A stretch of DNA of 64,000 nt from Candidatus Sungiibacteriota bacterium. GTDB lineage: Bacteria; Patescibacteriota; Minisyncoccia; Sungbacterales; HO2-52-23. Position numbers and translations under genes: made by a program. This document shows, piece after piece, positions 1 to 9,270 of the stretch (its first letter is position 1; every line of letters starts with the position of its first letter). The notes beneath the pieces were generated by a model. It was not told the origin of the DNA and ran no database searches. It worked only from the letters and a program-made list of their open reading frames with translations. The stretch spans positions 1,376 to 65,375 of the forward strand of contig JACQRW010000024.1 of the NCBI GenBank assembly GCA_016206285.1, given 5' to 3'.

Positions 1-196
1 ATGTGGCATATGCCAAAGAGTTTTTGTCGCCATACAGCACATGGAGACCGTGGAGCGAGCACAGCGGGACTGGCTATCACAAAGACACTCCGCCGTTCCT
101 GTCCGTGTGGCTTATGATTCTTATAGACAACACGATGCACATCATGATCAATGCTGTTGCATTAACCTGCTTCTAGTCTCCCCCATACACAGTAAA

Positions 197-228
197 GCCC
201 CGACCTCATTGCCGGGGCATTCTTTTTT
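197..228 (+). terminator. Rho-independent terminator-like hairpin
   Basis: GCCCCG...CGGGGC stem followed by ATTCTTTTTT. Confidence 0.55.
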
Positions 229-298
229 CCTGTCTCAAAATATCGGCGCCGACTTGGATATCCATGTGATAACTTTTTATTTCTGCTATACTCAACAT

Positions 299-919
299 AT
301 GCGATCATTTCCAAAACATCTCCAAAAACAATTCAAGATTTTCAAAAAACTCAACGCTCCGGCAAAAATCCAAAACTTTCTCGACACATTGCCGATCAAC
401 TTTGAAAAAGACAGTGACACATGCGCGTCTCCCCTTACGGTGCTCCGTACCAATCAGGCGCACTGCATCGAAGGGGCGATGCTTGCCGCCGCAGCTTTGT
501 GGTATCACGGCAAAAAACCGCTTCTGCTTGATCTGAAGACAATCAAAGACGATTCCGACCATGTGGTCACGCTTTTCAAAAAGCATGGTTTCTGGGGCGC
601 TATGAGCAAAACCAACCATGCCGTACTCCGTTACCGCGACCCGGTGTATAAAAGCGTGCGCGAGCTTGCCATGTCATACTTCCACGAATACTTTTTGGAC
701 AACGGCAAAAAAACACTGCGGAGTTTTTCAGCCCCATTCAGCTTGCTCGCCTTTGACGACGAATGGCTCACTTCCCCTGAAAACCTCTGGGGCATTGCCG
801 AAGGACTCGACGACTCGCCCCACGTTCCCATATTTTTCAAAGACACAGCGCCAACGCTCCGCCCCGCCCATCCTCTGGAAATCCAAGCCGGCAAACTCGT
901 AGAGTACGAAGAAAGGTAA
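299..919 (+). CDS. Transglutaminase-like fold hypothetical protein
   Basis: Motifs AHCIEGAMLAAA and DSDHVV; start moved to ATG 299, 6 nt after TGcTATACT. Confidence 0.6.
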   Translation: MRSFPKHLQKQFKIFKKLNAPAKIQNFLDTLPINFEKDSDTCASPLTVLRTNQAHCIEGAMLAAAALWYHGKKPLLLDLKTIKDDSDHVVTLFKKHGFWGAMSKTNHAVLRYRDPVYKSVRELAMSYFHEYFLDNGKKTLRSFSAPFSLLAFDDEWLTSPENLWGIAEGLDDSPHVPIFFKDTAPTLRPAHPLEIQAGKLVEYEER

Positions 920-925
920 TCCTCT

Positions 926-1765
926 TTACGGCTTTTCGGCATAAAAAATGCCGTATGACCAAACGCGATTTCTAAGAAGCGACCACTGGTAGTACGCGGA
1001 AAGAATATTTTTCATCTGAACCTCGGTTCGTATGCCAAGCCATTGCATGAGCTTCCCCGGCAGGTAGACGAAGATAGCCGCAATACGGAGCTTTGCGGAT
1101 GAAGGTAAAACATGCTTTGTCTCGTCGGAAAAAGAGACGTTTTTAAATCCGAGTTGTTCCAAATAGCCGTGAAATTCATTGATGTGAGCGAGATTCGGCA
1201 CCGCCCAACCATCCAGCCATTTTGCAAGATGATTTCTTTCTCGTGCAGAAATTTCGACCCTGTTTAAAAAACCATCGGCGATAATCAGTCTGCCACCCGG
1301 CTTGAGTAACCGCCAAGCTTCGGCCAAAAATTTTCTTTTATCCTCGGCATGACACACGCTCTCAATCGCCCAAATAACAGTAAAGGACTCTCCAGAGAAA
1401 GTCGTCCGATTGTAGTTTTGGAGTTCGAAGTGGGTAAGATCACTGACTCCGCATTTGTCGGCGAGTTCCCGGGCTTTTTGTATGTGTCTTGAAATAACAC
1501 TGACCCCCGTTACCTTGGCACCAAAATCTTGAGCAATCCAGACTGAACTCCCGCCGATACCACATCCGGCGTCCAGCACATGATCGGCGGCATTCACATG
1601 CGCCCTCTGCGCAAGCACACGATTCATGTTGTTCACCGCTTGGACATGAGTGACATGCTCTTTGTCATAATACCCATAATGAAGAGCGTAACATCGGCCA
1701 AGTCCCCAAAGTAATTTATAATCAATCTCGCACTGGTTGTAGTAGTCTATAATTTTCTCGTGCAT
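926..1765 (-). CDS. Class I SAM-dependent methyltransferase (tocopherol/sterol MT-like)
   Basis: LHYGYY, VLDAGCGIGG, WAIESVCHA and LLKPGGRLIIAD motifs. Confidence 0.85.
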   Translation of the reverse strand: MHEKIIDYYNQCEIDYKLLWGLGRCYALHYGYYDKEHVTHVQAVNNMNRVLAQRAHVNAADHVLDAGCGIGGSSVWIAQDFGAKVTGVSVISRHIQKARELADKCGVSDLTHFELQNYNRTTFSGESFTVIWAIESVCHAEDKRKFLAEAWRLLKPGGRLIIADGFLNRVEISARERNHLAKWLDGWAVPNLAHINEFHGYLEQLGFKNVSFSDETKHVLPSSAKLRIAAIFVYLPGKLMQWLGIRTEVQMKNILSAYYQWSLLRNRVWSYGIFYAEKP

Positions 1766-1775
1766 GGTTTTTTGT

Positions 1776-2132
1776 TTATCTCATTATCTCCGTCTCAAAC
1801 CATTGCTCCTGAAAGTGGATTGCCGATATTATTTGTACATCGGTCATCTCCACTCCGCGCGGCACGACGATCAGCTTGTCATCGTCATCATTATTGCGAT
1901 GCGCTATCGCGATGCACATGCCTTTTGCCAGTTGCATCGGTTCGTTTATGCCAAGGTAATACACATCCAAATCCTCGCCATCCGGAGCTTGTACTCCCTC
2001 AATAAAACCATAATTCACTTCATACACAAACCCGTGCTTCGGATGCCTGGATCCAAGCGGCCGGTCAATCACCACCTCGACTTCTTTTCCAAGATACTCC
2101 CTCGCCAGTTGCAATGATTTTGTTTCCTCCAT
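1776..2132 (-). CDS. ppa: Inorganic pyrophosphatase (short family I type)
   Basis: IDRPLGSRHP, YEVNYG, DGEDLDVY and DDDDKL motifs. Confidence 0.8.
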   Translation of the reverse strand: MEETKSLQLAREYLGKEVEVVIDRPLGSRHPKHGFVYEVNYGFIEGVQAPDGEDLDVYYLGINEPMQLAKGMCIAIAHRNNDDDDKLIVVPRGVEMTDVQIISAIHFQEQWFETEIMR

Positions 2133-2136
2133 AATG

Positions 2137-2322
2137 TTAAACACTCGGTGTTGCACAAATAGAATCAAAATTCACCGGAGAAGTATCAGCACGCTTTGGT
2201 CGAAATACTTTTACGACCCCGTCAAAATCATCATGAATAAACGCGCAAGCCGTAATGACTTGCTGCCCCTGCGCCGGTATTTCGCTGTCGTGTGAGATTG
2301 GGGTTAGCATTTGATTTATCAC
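2137..2322 (-). pseudogene. Truncated NUDIX hydrolase N-terminus
   Basis: QQVITACAFIH..KVFRPKRADT resembles a NUDIX N-terminus, but the ORF ends before any Nudix box. Confidence 0.5.
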
Positions 2323-2443
2323 TGTTGCATTTCCGCATCTATTCTCTTGTCAAAATGATGACCTTTTTACTGCAAGGAAAGTCAGATTTTGTATACAGCT
2401 TGATACTTTGATTTTTCTATTTCCCATTGCTATACTGCTCATT

Positions 2444-2923
2444 ATGGAGGATATATCCGATTATCACAAGTTACGGGATGTCACACAAAAGTTTTATAGT
2501 GGGATCGGCATAATACGATCTCCAGCTCTCAATGATTCAGTCCATTTCACCGCCGAGGGTTTCAATCATATCATTTTCAAAGGTTCGCGCTCCGAGCGAG
2601 AGAAACCCTCGCAAATTCTCCGGTTCAAACTCTTACCGCTTGCCGCAAAACTCATCGGTCTCTCAACAACTCATCAAGAATTTGAGGAAACAATCAAAGA
2701 GTTTGAAGTCAAAAGCTACAAGAAGCGTGTCCGGCAATCAAAGCGGGTGCGCTACTGGGGAATTATTGCCATCATTGAAGGCAGGAAGATAAAAGTCATT
2801 GTACGAAGAATAGGCGAAAACGGAGCATTACACTTTTGGAGCATTGTACCGGCATGGACTACAAACAAATACAGAGACATCAGGTTCTTCACAACCATGA
2901 AAGGCAATCCAGACGAAGATTGA
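2444..2923 (+). CDS. Putative BECR/PBECR-fold (Barnase-EndoU-ColE5/D-RelE-like) ribonuclease
   Basis: Basic 159 aa protein; VHFTAEGFNHI...RFKLL...IKVIVRR..G..HFWSIVP pattern; family assignment is inferred. Confidence 0.5.
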   Translation: MEDISDYHKLRDVTQKFYSGIGIIRSPALNDSVHFTAEGFNHIIFKGSRSEREKPSQILRFKLLPLAAKLIGLSTTHQEFEETIKEFEVKSYKKRVRQSKRVRYWGIIAIIEGRKIKVIVRRIGENGALHFWSIVPAWTTNKYRDIRFFTTMKGNPDED

Positions 2924-2925
2924 AA

Positions 2926-3014
2926 TCAAAAATGCCGCCGTCAGGCGGTATCTTTGATGTGCCTGCCGTCGGCTTATGAATTAGCCGAATAGGGCTGACG
3001 CCCCACAAGCACAT
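2926..3014 (-). ncRNA. Candidate structured small RNA convergent on the nuclease gene
   Basis: Minus-strand promoter TTGTAC-17-TGaTATACT; predicted three-way junction plus intrinsic terminator. Confidence 0.55.
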
Positions 3015-3018
3015 TTGT

Positions 3019-3047
3019 AGTATATCACATGCGAGGGAGGAGTACAA
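3019..3047 (-). promoter_or_regulatory. sigma70 promoter with extended -10
   Basis: -35 TTGTAC (3047-3042), 17 nt spacer ending TGa, -10 TATACT (3024-3019). Confidence 0.6.
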
Positions 3048-3205
3048 GAGAGAGTATAAATTCACTACGTTTTCGGCTTCGTACTATAGCGAGAGTATTC
3101 GTAGTCATTTTTCTTTGAATTAAAATGGCCAGTACTAAAGGATGGATAATCATTACCTCTTTCGGAGACTTTTACTCTACCATTTTTGACGCTCCTCGAA
3201 ACGCT

Positions 3206-3772
3206 TTATTTATCGCCAATTACTTTACCTTTTATGGATTTCATTAATGGGAAAATATAAAGCCCTGCGCCAATCAGTAAGGACATCATTAAAATTGAAA
3301 TGGAAACACAGGTCTCAGGAGTTCCGTGAAAGACGAACACATACAGATTGGAAATTACAGAGAAAATATAAGCATATATAAATGACTTTGTAATATTATT
3401 CCAAACCATGACTGAGTCATGATTTGGAACAGTTATACGCCATACTATATCTAAATATTCCGTTCTATTTTTTAGAATTTCAGTTTCCAGCCATGAACCG
3501 GAGGAAGCAAATGGATGGCTCTTAACAATTGAGCTAATCCTGAGCGATGCAGGAAAATATGTAAAAATAGCGATCGCTAATAGCCATAAGGTCCAAGACA
3601 AGAAATGTAGTAAGTATGAAGCGTTAGAGATAAGCTGAGGAAGAAAAGAAAGCAGACCTGCGATTGTCAGCATGACTCCAATCCTGCTCGTTTGATCAGA
3701 TTGAATCGCTCGAATATTTTCGAGTTGCTCATTAAAGAATGCTATTTTTTGTTTGTATATATCATCCTCCAT
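3206..3772 (-). CDS. AT-rich multi-TM hypothetical protein
   Basis: 188 aa ORF with about 4 hydrophobic segments, next to the tRNA-Gln 3' end. Confidence 0.65.
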   Translation of the reverse strand: MEDDIYKQKIAFFNEQLENIRAIQSDQTSRIGVMLTIAGLLSFLPQLISNASYLLHFLSWTLWLLAIAIFTYFPASLRISSIVKSHPFASSGSWLETEILKNRTEYLDIVWRITVPNHDSVMVWNNITKSFIYAYIFSVISNLYVFVFHGTPETCVSISILMMSLLIGAGLYIFPLMKSIKGKVIGDK

Positions 3773-3813
3773 ATTTTTATGGCTCCTCGGAGTTCGAACC
3801 TATATCAAATTTG

Positions 3814-3884
3814 CTGCGGGACTAGGATTCGAACCTAGATTAACGGATTCAGAGTCCGCTGGCCTGCCGTTAGCCGATCCCGCA
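3814..3884 (-). tRNA. tRNA-Gln(CUG)
   Basis: Cloverleaf; anticodon arm CGGA-CT CTG AA-TCCG; GTTCGAATC T-loop. Confidence 0.93.
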
Positions 3885-3948
3885 ATGAAATAAAATTGCC
3901 TTATACAGGCAATTTTATCGTAGCACATTATTTGAAAAAATCCAACAA

Positions 3949-4857
3949 TCACACATGCAAATAACGCCGCACCGCAACAAAGCTGGAGAGGATGCCAAGA
4001 CCGACGCCAAAGGTGAGCATGATGAGAAAAAATTCAACCAGATGCAGAGTGAAATAGCTGAAGAGATTGAACTCCGGGACGAGAAACGCGAGCTTGGGCG
4101 ATGCATACCAGGTAAGCGGGAAGAAAACCACGGTGGTGACCAGCGCTGCGAAAAAGCCGTACAGAGCGCCGGACACGAGAAACGGGCCGCGGATAAACCA
4201 GCTGGTACCGCCGACTAAGCGCATGATGCCGATTTCCTCGCGCATGGTATAGATAACCAGACGGAGCGTGTTAAAAGCCACAAGCATGGAAATAACCGCC
4301 AGCACCAACGCAAGCACCGCGCCCGATGCGCGCACCGTAGCCAGAATAGAGCCAAGACGCTCCACTACGCGCTCATTTTCGGAAAAGTTAATTTTGTCCA
4401 CGATAGGATAATCTTTTTGCTGAAGAAAGCTTGAGATCGCGGCAAATCGCGAAGAGTCTTTTGCTTTTATATTGATGCTCGCCTCAAGCGGATTTTCTCC
4501 AAGTTCAACAAGCGCCCCAGTGATAAGCTGGTTGTCTTTATGCCGCTCTCGAAACGCAGCAAGCGCTGCATCGCGCGAGGTGTAGGATACGTCAGCAACA
4601 TCGGCGTGAGATTCAAGATCACTCTTCACGCTGAAAATATCCTGTTCGGATGCAGTGGGATCAAAATAGATGCTCACATCAATCCGCGATTCGAGCTGCG
4701 CCAAAATGGTATTTGCAAATGCGCCCAAAAACACCAGATTGCCGATCACGAAAAGCGCCAAAACCATAACCATGATGGTGGCAAGAGACAGCCAAGCATT
4801 TCGCCTGAAACTGACATATCCGGCTGAAAAAACTCGTTTTAATGTGGTAATGGCCAT
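3949..4857 (-). CDS. ftsX: Cell division permease FtsX
   Basis: ENPL motif, EIGIMRLVGG...FIRGPF, 4 TM segments, downstream of ftsE. Confidence 0.93.
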   Translation of the reverse strand: MAITTLKRVFSAGYVSFRRNAWLSLATIMVMVLALFVIGNLVFLGAFANTILAQLESRIDVSIYFDPTASEQDIFSVKSDLESHADVADVSYTSRDAALAAFRERHKDNQLITGALVELGENPLEASINIKAKDSSRFAAISSFLQQKDYPIVDKINFSENERVVERLGSILATVRASGAVLALVLAVISMLVAFNTLRLVIYTMREEIGIMRLVGGTSWFIRGPFLVSGALYGFFAALVTTVVFFPLTWYASPKLAFLVPEFNLFSYFTLHLVEFFLIMLTFGVGLGILSSFVAVRRYLHV

Positions 4858-4911
4858 AATGAATAATGAATAGTGAATAGAGATTAGTGGATAGCCAATA
4901 GTGAATGGAAA
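4858..4911. repeat. Short 7-bp tandem repeats (GAATAGT-like)
   Basis: aatgaataatgaatagtgaatag...aatagtgaatgg. Confidence 0.55.
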
Positions 4912-5622
4912 TCAAACGCTTTGTGTTTTTTCTTTTCCAATATCCGGCATATAGGTTCCGTTTTCTTCGTCGCTGGTGATATGGCCCTGCTCAAACGTGA
5001 TCACCCGGCGGCCAAGATTGTTCACCACTTCCCGATCATGCGTGGCCAGGATTACGGTAGTGCCAAGCCCGTTTACTTTAAGCAGCAGCTTCACGATCTC
5101 GGCAGTATTGCCCGGGTCAAGGTTGCCGGACGGTTCGTCCGCAAGCAGCACATCGGGACGGTTGATAAGCGCGCGGGCAATCGCGATGCGCTGTTTTTCC
5201 CCGCCGGAAAGCTGATGCGGAAAATTATTTTCCTTGCCCGTAAGCCCCACGAGTTGGATCGCCTGCGGCACATCTTCTTTAATCTCTTCCGGAGTCCGCC
5301 CAGCCACTTCCATGGCAAATGCCACATTCTCGTATGCCGTTTTCATGGGAAGCAGCTTATAATCCTGAAATACCGTGCCGATTCTCCTTCGGATCCGGTG
5401 CAGATCGCGGCGCGGCACGTCCGTAATGTCAAACCCGTCGAGAAAAATGCGCCCGGATGTCGGCTCCTCCTCGCGCAATAGCAGCCGCAAGAGTGTGGTT
5501 TTGCCCGCTCCGGACGTGCCCACAATAGAAACAAACTCCTTTGGCTCGATCCGCATGGTCACATCCTGCAGCGCCGTCGAATGGCTGTTATAAATTTTTG
5601 ATACGTTATCGAAGAAAATCAA
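4912..5622 (-). CDS. ftsE: Cell division ATP-binding protein FtsE
   Basis: Walker A GTSGAGKTT, VFQDYKLL, LSGGEKQR, LLADEPSGNLD; TTG start. Confidence 0.93.
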   Translation of the reverse strand: MIFFDNVSKIYNSHSTALQDVTMRIEPKEFVSIVGTSGAGKTTLLRLLLREEEPTSGRIFLDGFDITDVPRRDLHRIRRRIGTVFQDYKLLPMKTAYENVAFAMEVAGRTPEEIKEDVPQAIQLVGLTGKENNFPHQLSGGEKQRIAIARALINRPDVLLADEPSGNLDPGNTAEIVKLLLKVNGLGTTVILATHDREVVNNLGRRVITFEQGHITSDEENGTYMPDIGKEKTQSV

Positions 5623-5630
5623 GGAAAATA

Positions 5631-5716
5631 TCTAATTTCTAATTACTCTAATGCCTAATCAAATTCCGTACGTTGGGTTTTGATTAGATCAATTAGGAAT
5701 TAGGAATTAGGAATTA
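5631..5716. repeat. Inverted arrays of 7-bp repeats (CTAATT(T/A)/AATTAGG)
   Basis: tctaatttctaatt...cctaat facing aattaggaattaggaattaggaatta. Confidence 0.6.
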
Positions 5717-6808
5717 AATTTGATCTCGCTTTCTATAAACTCATCCAACGCCCCGTCCAGCACTTTATCTATCTGCGATGTCTCGGTTCCGGTGCGGTGG
5801 TCTTTTACCATCTGGTACGGGTGCATCACATACGAGCGAATTTGGTTGCCCCACTCAATCTTCACTTTTTCGCTTTGCACGCCACGCCGTTCCTGCTCCT
5901 GCTGTTCGAGCTGCAGCTTATACAGCTTTGCGCGCAGCAGACTCATGGCCATTTCCCGGTTCTGGTCCTGAGAGCGCTCGTTTTGGGACGCCACCTGCAA
6001 TCCCGTCGGCACATGCGTGATGCGCACTGCGGTCTCGCGCTTGTTCACGTTCTGCCCGCCCGGACCGGACGACCGGAAAAAATCAATATTCAATTCTTCG
6101 GGTTTCAGCTCTGCCTCTTCCGGGGCAACCATTTCCGGCATTACATCCACCAGCGCAAAAGACGTGTGGCGCAACGATTGCGACGAGAATGGCGAGATGC
6201 GCACCAGCCGATGCACCCCTCCTTCTTTTTTCAGATAGCCATACGCATACGGAGCCTCCACCAGAATAGTCGCATTCTTAATGCCCCACCCGGCGGGTCC
6301 GCTTCCTTCTCCCCAGTGTTCATGGATGATTTTCGTACTCCATCCGCGGTTTTCAAAAAATCTTTGATACATGCGATAGAGAAGCGCTGCCCAGTCTTCG
6401 GCATCGCGCCCGCCCGCACCCGCATAAATCGAGAGTGCCGCATTGCCTTTGTCGTATTTTCCCGAGAAAAAAAGTTGGGTTTCGATCTGCCGCACCTCTT
6501 TTTCCAGGATGCGCCCTCGGGACTCGATCTCCTGCAGCATTTTTTCATCGCTGCCGGCCATGGCCGCAAGCTCCCGCAATGTTTTTACTTCATCCGCAAT
6601 CCGGTCATGCTGTTCGCTATCCCGTTTCAGCTGGCTTAATTCTTTGCTGATTGCCGCCGCGGAGTCATGATTATCCCAAAAGCCAGGCTGCTGCATCTCA
6701 TGTTCAATTTTCAAAACCTCTTGGCGCTTTCCGGCAACGTCAAAGACGGTCCGCGAATCCGCGGATTTTAGCATCTGTTTCGTTCAACCGCTGCAATATA
6801 TCTTCCAT
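5707..6808 (-). CDS. prfB: Peptide chain release factor 2 with programmed +1 frameshift
   Basis: SPF and GGQ motifs; upstream frame MEDILQRLNETDAKIRGFADRL ends in CTT TGA C at 6745-6739. Confidence 0.95.
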
Positions 6809-6851
6809 AGAATATAGTATACCATATTCCGCAAAAAAGAAAAAGGGGTGA

Positions 6852-6924
6852 AGCCACCTCCCGGGATCGAACCGGGGACCTACACGTTACGAGTGTGTCG
6901 CTCTGCCAACTGAGCTAAGGTGGC
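6852..6924 (-). tRNA. tRNA-Thr(CGU)
   Basis: Cloverleaf; anticodon loop CT CGT AA. Confidence 0.93.
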
Positions 6925-6973
6925 ACATATTTCTCAATAGCTTACGTGATATTCCATTATTTTTCAACCGGCG

Positions 6974-7609
6974 TCAGATGACCTGCTTCTCGACCAAAAA
7001 ATCGAGCACGGCATGAAAGAGCTTGTCATGTCCCTGCTTATTGGGATGCAAGCCGTCTTCAAGGTCTTGCGGCTGCAGCATGGCAAGAAGATCCAGGTGC
7101 GGAACATGGTACTCGGCACATATTTCCTTAATGATCGCATCATACGTACCAATGCGTTCGTTGGAAAAATAAGTAGTTTCAAAGGGGGTGGTGCGCGCTT
7201 CATCAACGCCGGTCAGACCAATCCAGACAATCATGTGGGTGCGGTGCTTTGCCTTGTCTATGAGCATCCGGACATTTTCTCGAAAGCGGTCCGGAGATAC
7301 ACGCCCCTCGACTTCGCTCGGGACAAGCGGCATATTTTGCTTTTCGCGGCAGCTGGAGTCATTGGTACCCACCGCAAAGATGATAATATGCGGTTCTCGC
7401 GCTTCAGCCTCAATCTGAAACCGCTTGAGCACATCCTCAGTCGTATTGCCTGGAATGCTCAAGTTGTAGAGAAAGTAGTAGAGGGTAAACTTCGACTCAA
7501 GTGTTTTTTGCTGGAGCGTATTCTGCAGCTGGTCCGCCCACCCCAGATGATGCGTCCACTCCCCGTACGCAATGCTGTCCCCGAATATACAGATGTTTTT
7601 TGTCGGCAT
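6974..7609 (-). CDS. SGNH/GDSL hydrolase
   Basis: FGDSIAYG, GTND and DGLHPN motifs. Confidence 0.9.
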   Translation of the reverse strand: MPTKNICIFGDSIAYGEWTHHLGWADQLQNTLQQKTLESKFTLYYFLYNLSIPGNTTEDVLKRFQIEAEAREPHIIIFAVGTNDSSCREKQNMPLVPSEVEGRVSPDRFRENVRMLIDKAKHRTHMIVWIGLTGVDEARTTPFETTYFSNERIGTYDAIIKEICAEYHVPHLDLLAMLQPQDLEDGLHPNKQGHDKLFHAVLDFLVEKQVI

Positions 7610-7615
7610 GGATGT

Positions 7616-8980
7616 TTAATTTTCTTTTTTCAATGCACCGGCAGTATACACGTTGGAAGCGTTCCAAAGCAACCAGCCGTGCTGCTCGACACGCTCGGCG
7701 GCATCAATCTGCAAACGAACTTTTTCGGCTCCGTACGGACGGCCGGCAAGCCGGTCTTGCTCATGGAAAAAATCTTCAAGCCATGGCCGCAGACGCACTC
7801 CGCCGACCGGCGGACGAGACATGATCTGGTTTATCGAGGTGTTTAAGCTTGTTGAAGCAACAGTGATCGTACTAGTTCCGATCCCATTCAGAAAATCTCT
7901 CGCCGCCCGCAAAGAACGCCCTACGGTTATGTCCGGATGTGTCCGCACCCCTTTTATATCAAGACTGATCGGCGGCAATTTACGCGTAGGATCCGCGGGC
8001 AAATACAACCCGCCATAATAATGCGACGGATAAACCATAAATGAAATATAGTCAAAACTCTCGCCAATATCCTGCAATCGCTGCCCGATCCCCGTATCGC
8101 TCGTAAGGAGCGCTACATATCCGAAAAGGTCCGCAGAAATGATAATGTCCGGTTTGTATGCGCGCATCTGTCGGCCCAGAAACGAGAAAAAGCTTTTCAT
8201 CACATCGTATTTTTGCGTTTTACGGTTCCATGACGGGTAGATCGCAGCCGCCACCTCTCCGTCCGAAGGAAACCGCACATAATCAAATTGCAGCTCATCA
8301 AATCCAAGATCAATCATTTGTTTGGCAAACGAAACAATATATTCGCGCGCGCCCTGCGATGCCGGATCAAGCCAGTACCCGCCCTTGTTGTCCTGCCAAA
8401 ATCCGCCGGCTGGCGGAACATTCGCGCCGGCGTTCCCCGGAGTTCGCAGATACTTTTTATTCGCGCACTGGTCCGATATTTTTTTCGGCGATGCGCGCTT
8501 CAGATACCATTCCGGATGGCTATTGATCTGTGAGGCGTCTTTGAAAACCACAATCCGCGCGATCGCCCAGATATTATTGCGATGCAGTTCGTCGAGTAAT
8601 GTTTTAAGATGTTTCGGATTATAATCCGCACCGCATACCTCTTTCACATCAATCACAATACCGTTCACCTCGGTGGTTTTTGCAAGCCCGATAATCTGAT
8701 TACGCAACCGGGTGGCGCCCGCCCCTTGGTCATTGGCCACGTCTGCAGTCATATAGAGCCCTCTGATGTCGCTTGATCTTTTGAGTGCTTCTTCGCGCAA
8801 CTCTTCCGGAGATTTCTCCGGCGCTTCCGACTGCAATAAGTCACCGGTCTGCAGAAGCGCTCCCATCATTCGCTTCACTCCCGATGGCTTTTCGACAGCA
8901 CGAGAAGTAAAAGTCAACAAACCGGCTACAGCCGCTCCCACAACCGCCACTCCGAAAAATCCTTTGAGAAAAGATTTCAT
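7616..8980 (-). CDS. Putative glycoside hydrolase (DUF4015-like) with N-terminal membrane anchor
   Basis: RGLYMT, IVIDVK, IARIVVFKD, GFDELQFDYVRFP, MVYPSHY, WLLWNASNVY. Confidence 0.8.
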   Translation of the reverse strand: MKSFLKGFFGVAVVGAAVAGLLTFTSRAVEKPSGVKRMMGALLQTGDLLQSEAPEKSPEELREEALKRSSDIRGLYMTADVANDQGAGATRLRNQIIGLAKTTEVNGIVIDVKEVCGADYNPKHLKTLLDELHRNNIWAIARIVVFKDASQINSHPEWYLKRASPKKISDQCANKKYLRTPGNAGANVPPAGGFWQDNKGGYWLDPASQGAREYIVSFAKQMIDLGFDELQFDYVRFPSDGEVAAAIYPSWNRKTQKYDVMKSFFSFLGRQMRAYKPDIIISADLFGYVALLTSDTGIGQRLQDIGESFDYISFMVYPSHYYGGLYLPADPTRKLPPISLDIKGVRTHPDITVGRSLRAARDFLNGIGTSTITVASTSLNTSINQIMSRPPVGGVRLRPWLEDFFHEQDRLAGRPYGAEKVRLQIDAAERVEQHGWLLWNASNVYTAGALKKEN

Positions 8981-8982
8981 AT

Positions 8983-9261
8983 TCAATCAAACACGACTGT
9001 TGAGCCGATATTGTCTCCTTTATCAAAACCATGGATCAGCACGCTCACGTCATCCCCGACCTTGCTGAATTCCTCCGGCACCTCGTCCCGATACTCGATC
9101 AGCCGCACCTCGCCGACCTTGCCATTGGCTATCACTTTCATCTTCAGCTTGATCGCGCCTTCCAGCAGCACCCCCACCACGACCAACCCCTTCCCGATCA
9201 TCGGAAATGAATCCCGCACCTGCAATTTTGCCCCGTGTTTTCGCATAATAAATTTGAACAA
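8983..9261 (-). CDS. Small EF-Tu domain II-like beta-barrel protein
   Basis: DSFPMIGKGLVVVGVLLEG.IK...GDDVSVLIHG resembles EF-Tu domain 2; start uncertain. Confidence 0.55.
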   Translation of the reverse strand: MFKFIMRKHGAKLQVRDSFPMIGKGLVVVGVLLEGAIKLKMKVIANGKVGEVRLIEYRDEVPEEFSKVGDDVSVLIHGFDKGDNIGSTVVFD

Positions 9262-9270
9262 AAAAATGTA

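Noticed and set aside
41-298. Upstream extension of the first ORF
   Set aside because: It crosses a terminator-like hairpin, and the promoter motif points to ATG 299
3061-3112. Possible second structured RNA (ACTACG...CGTAGT)
   Set aside because: Only a 6-bp closing stem with a weak interior and no clear promoter
5797-6639. Long antisense ORFs (also 7013-7846, 31827-32735, 44121-45107, 56567-57292)
   Set aside because: Shadow frames of well-supported genes on the opposite strand
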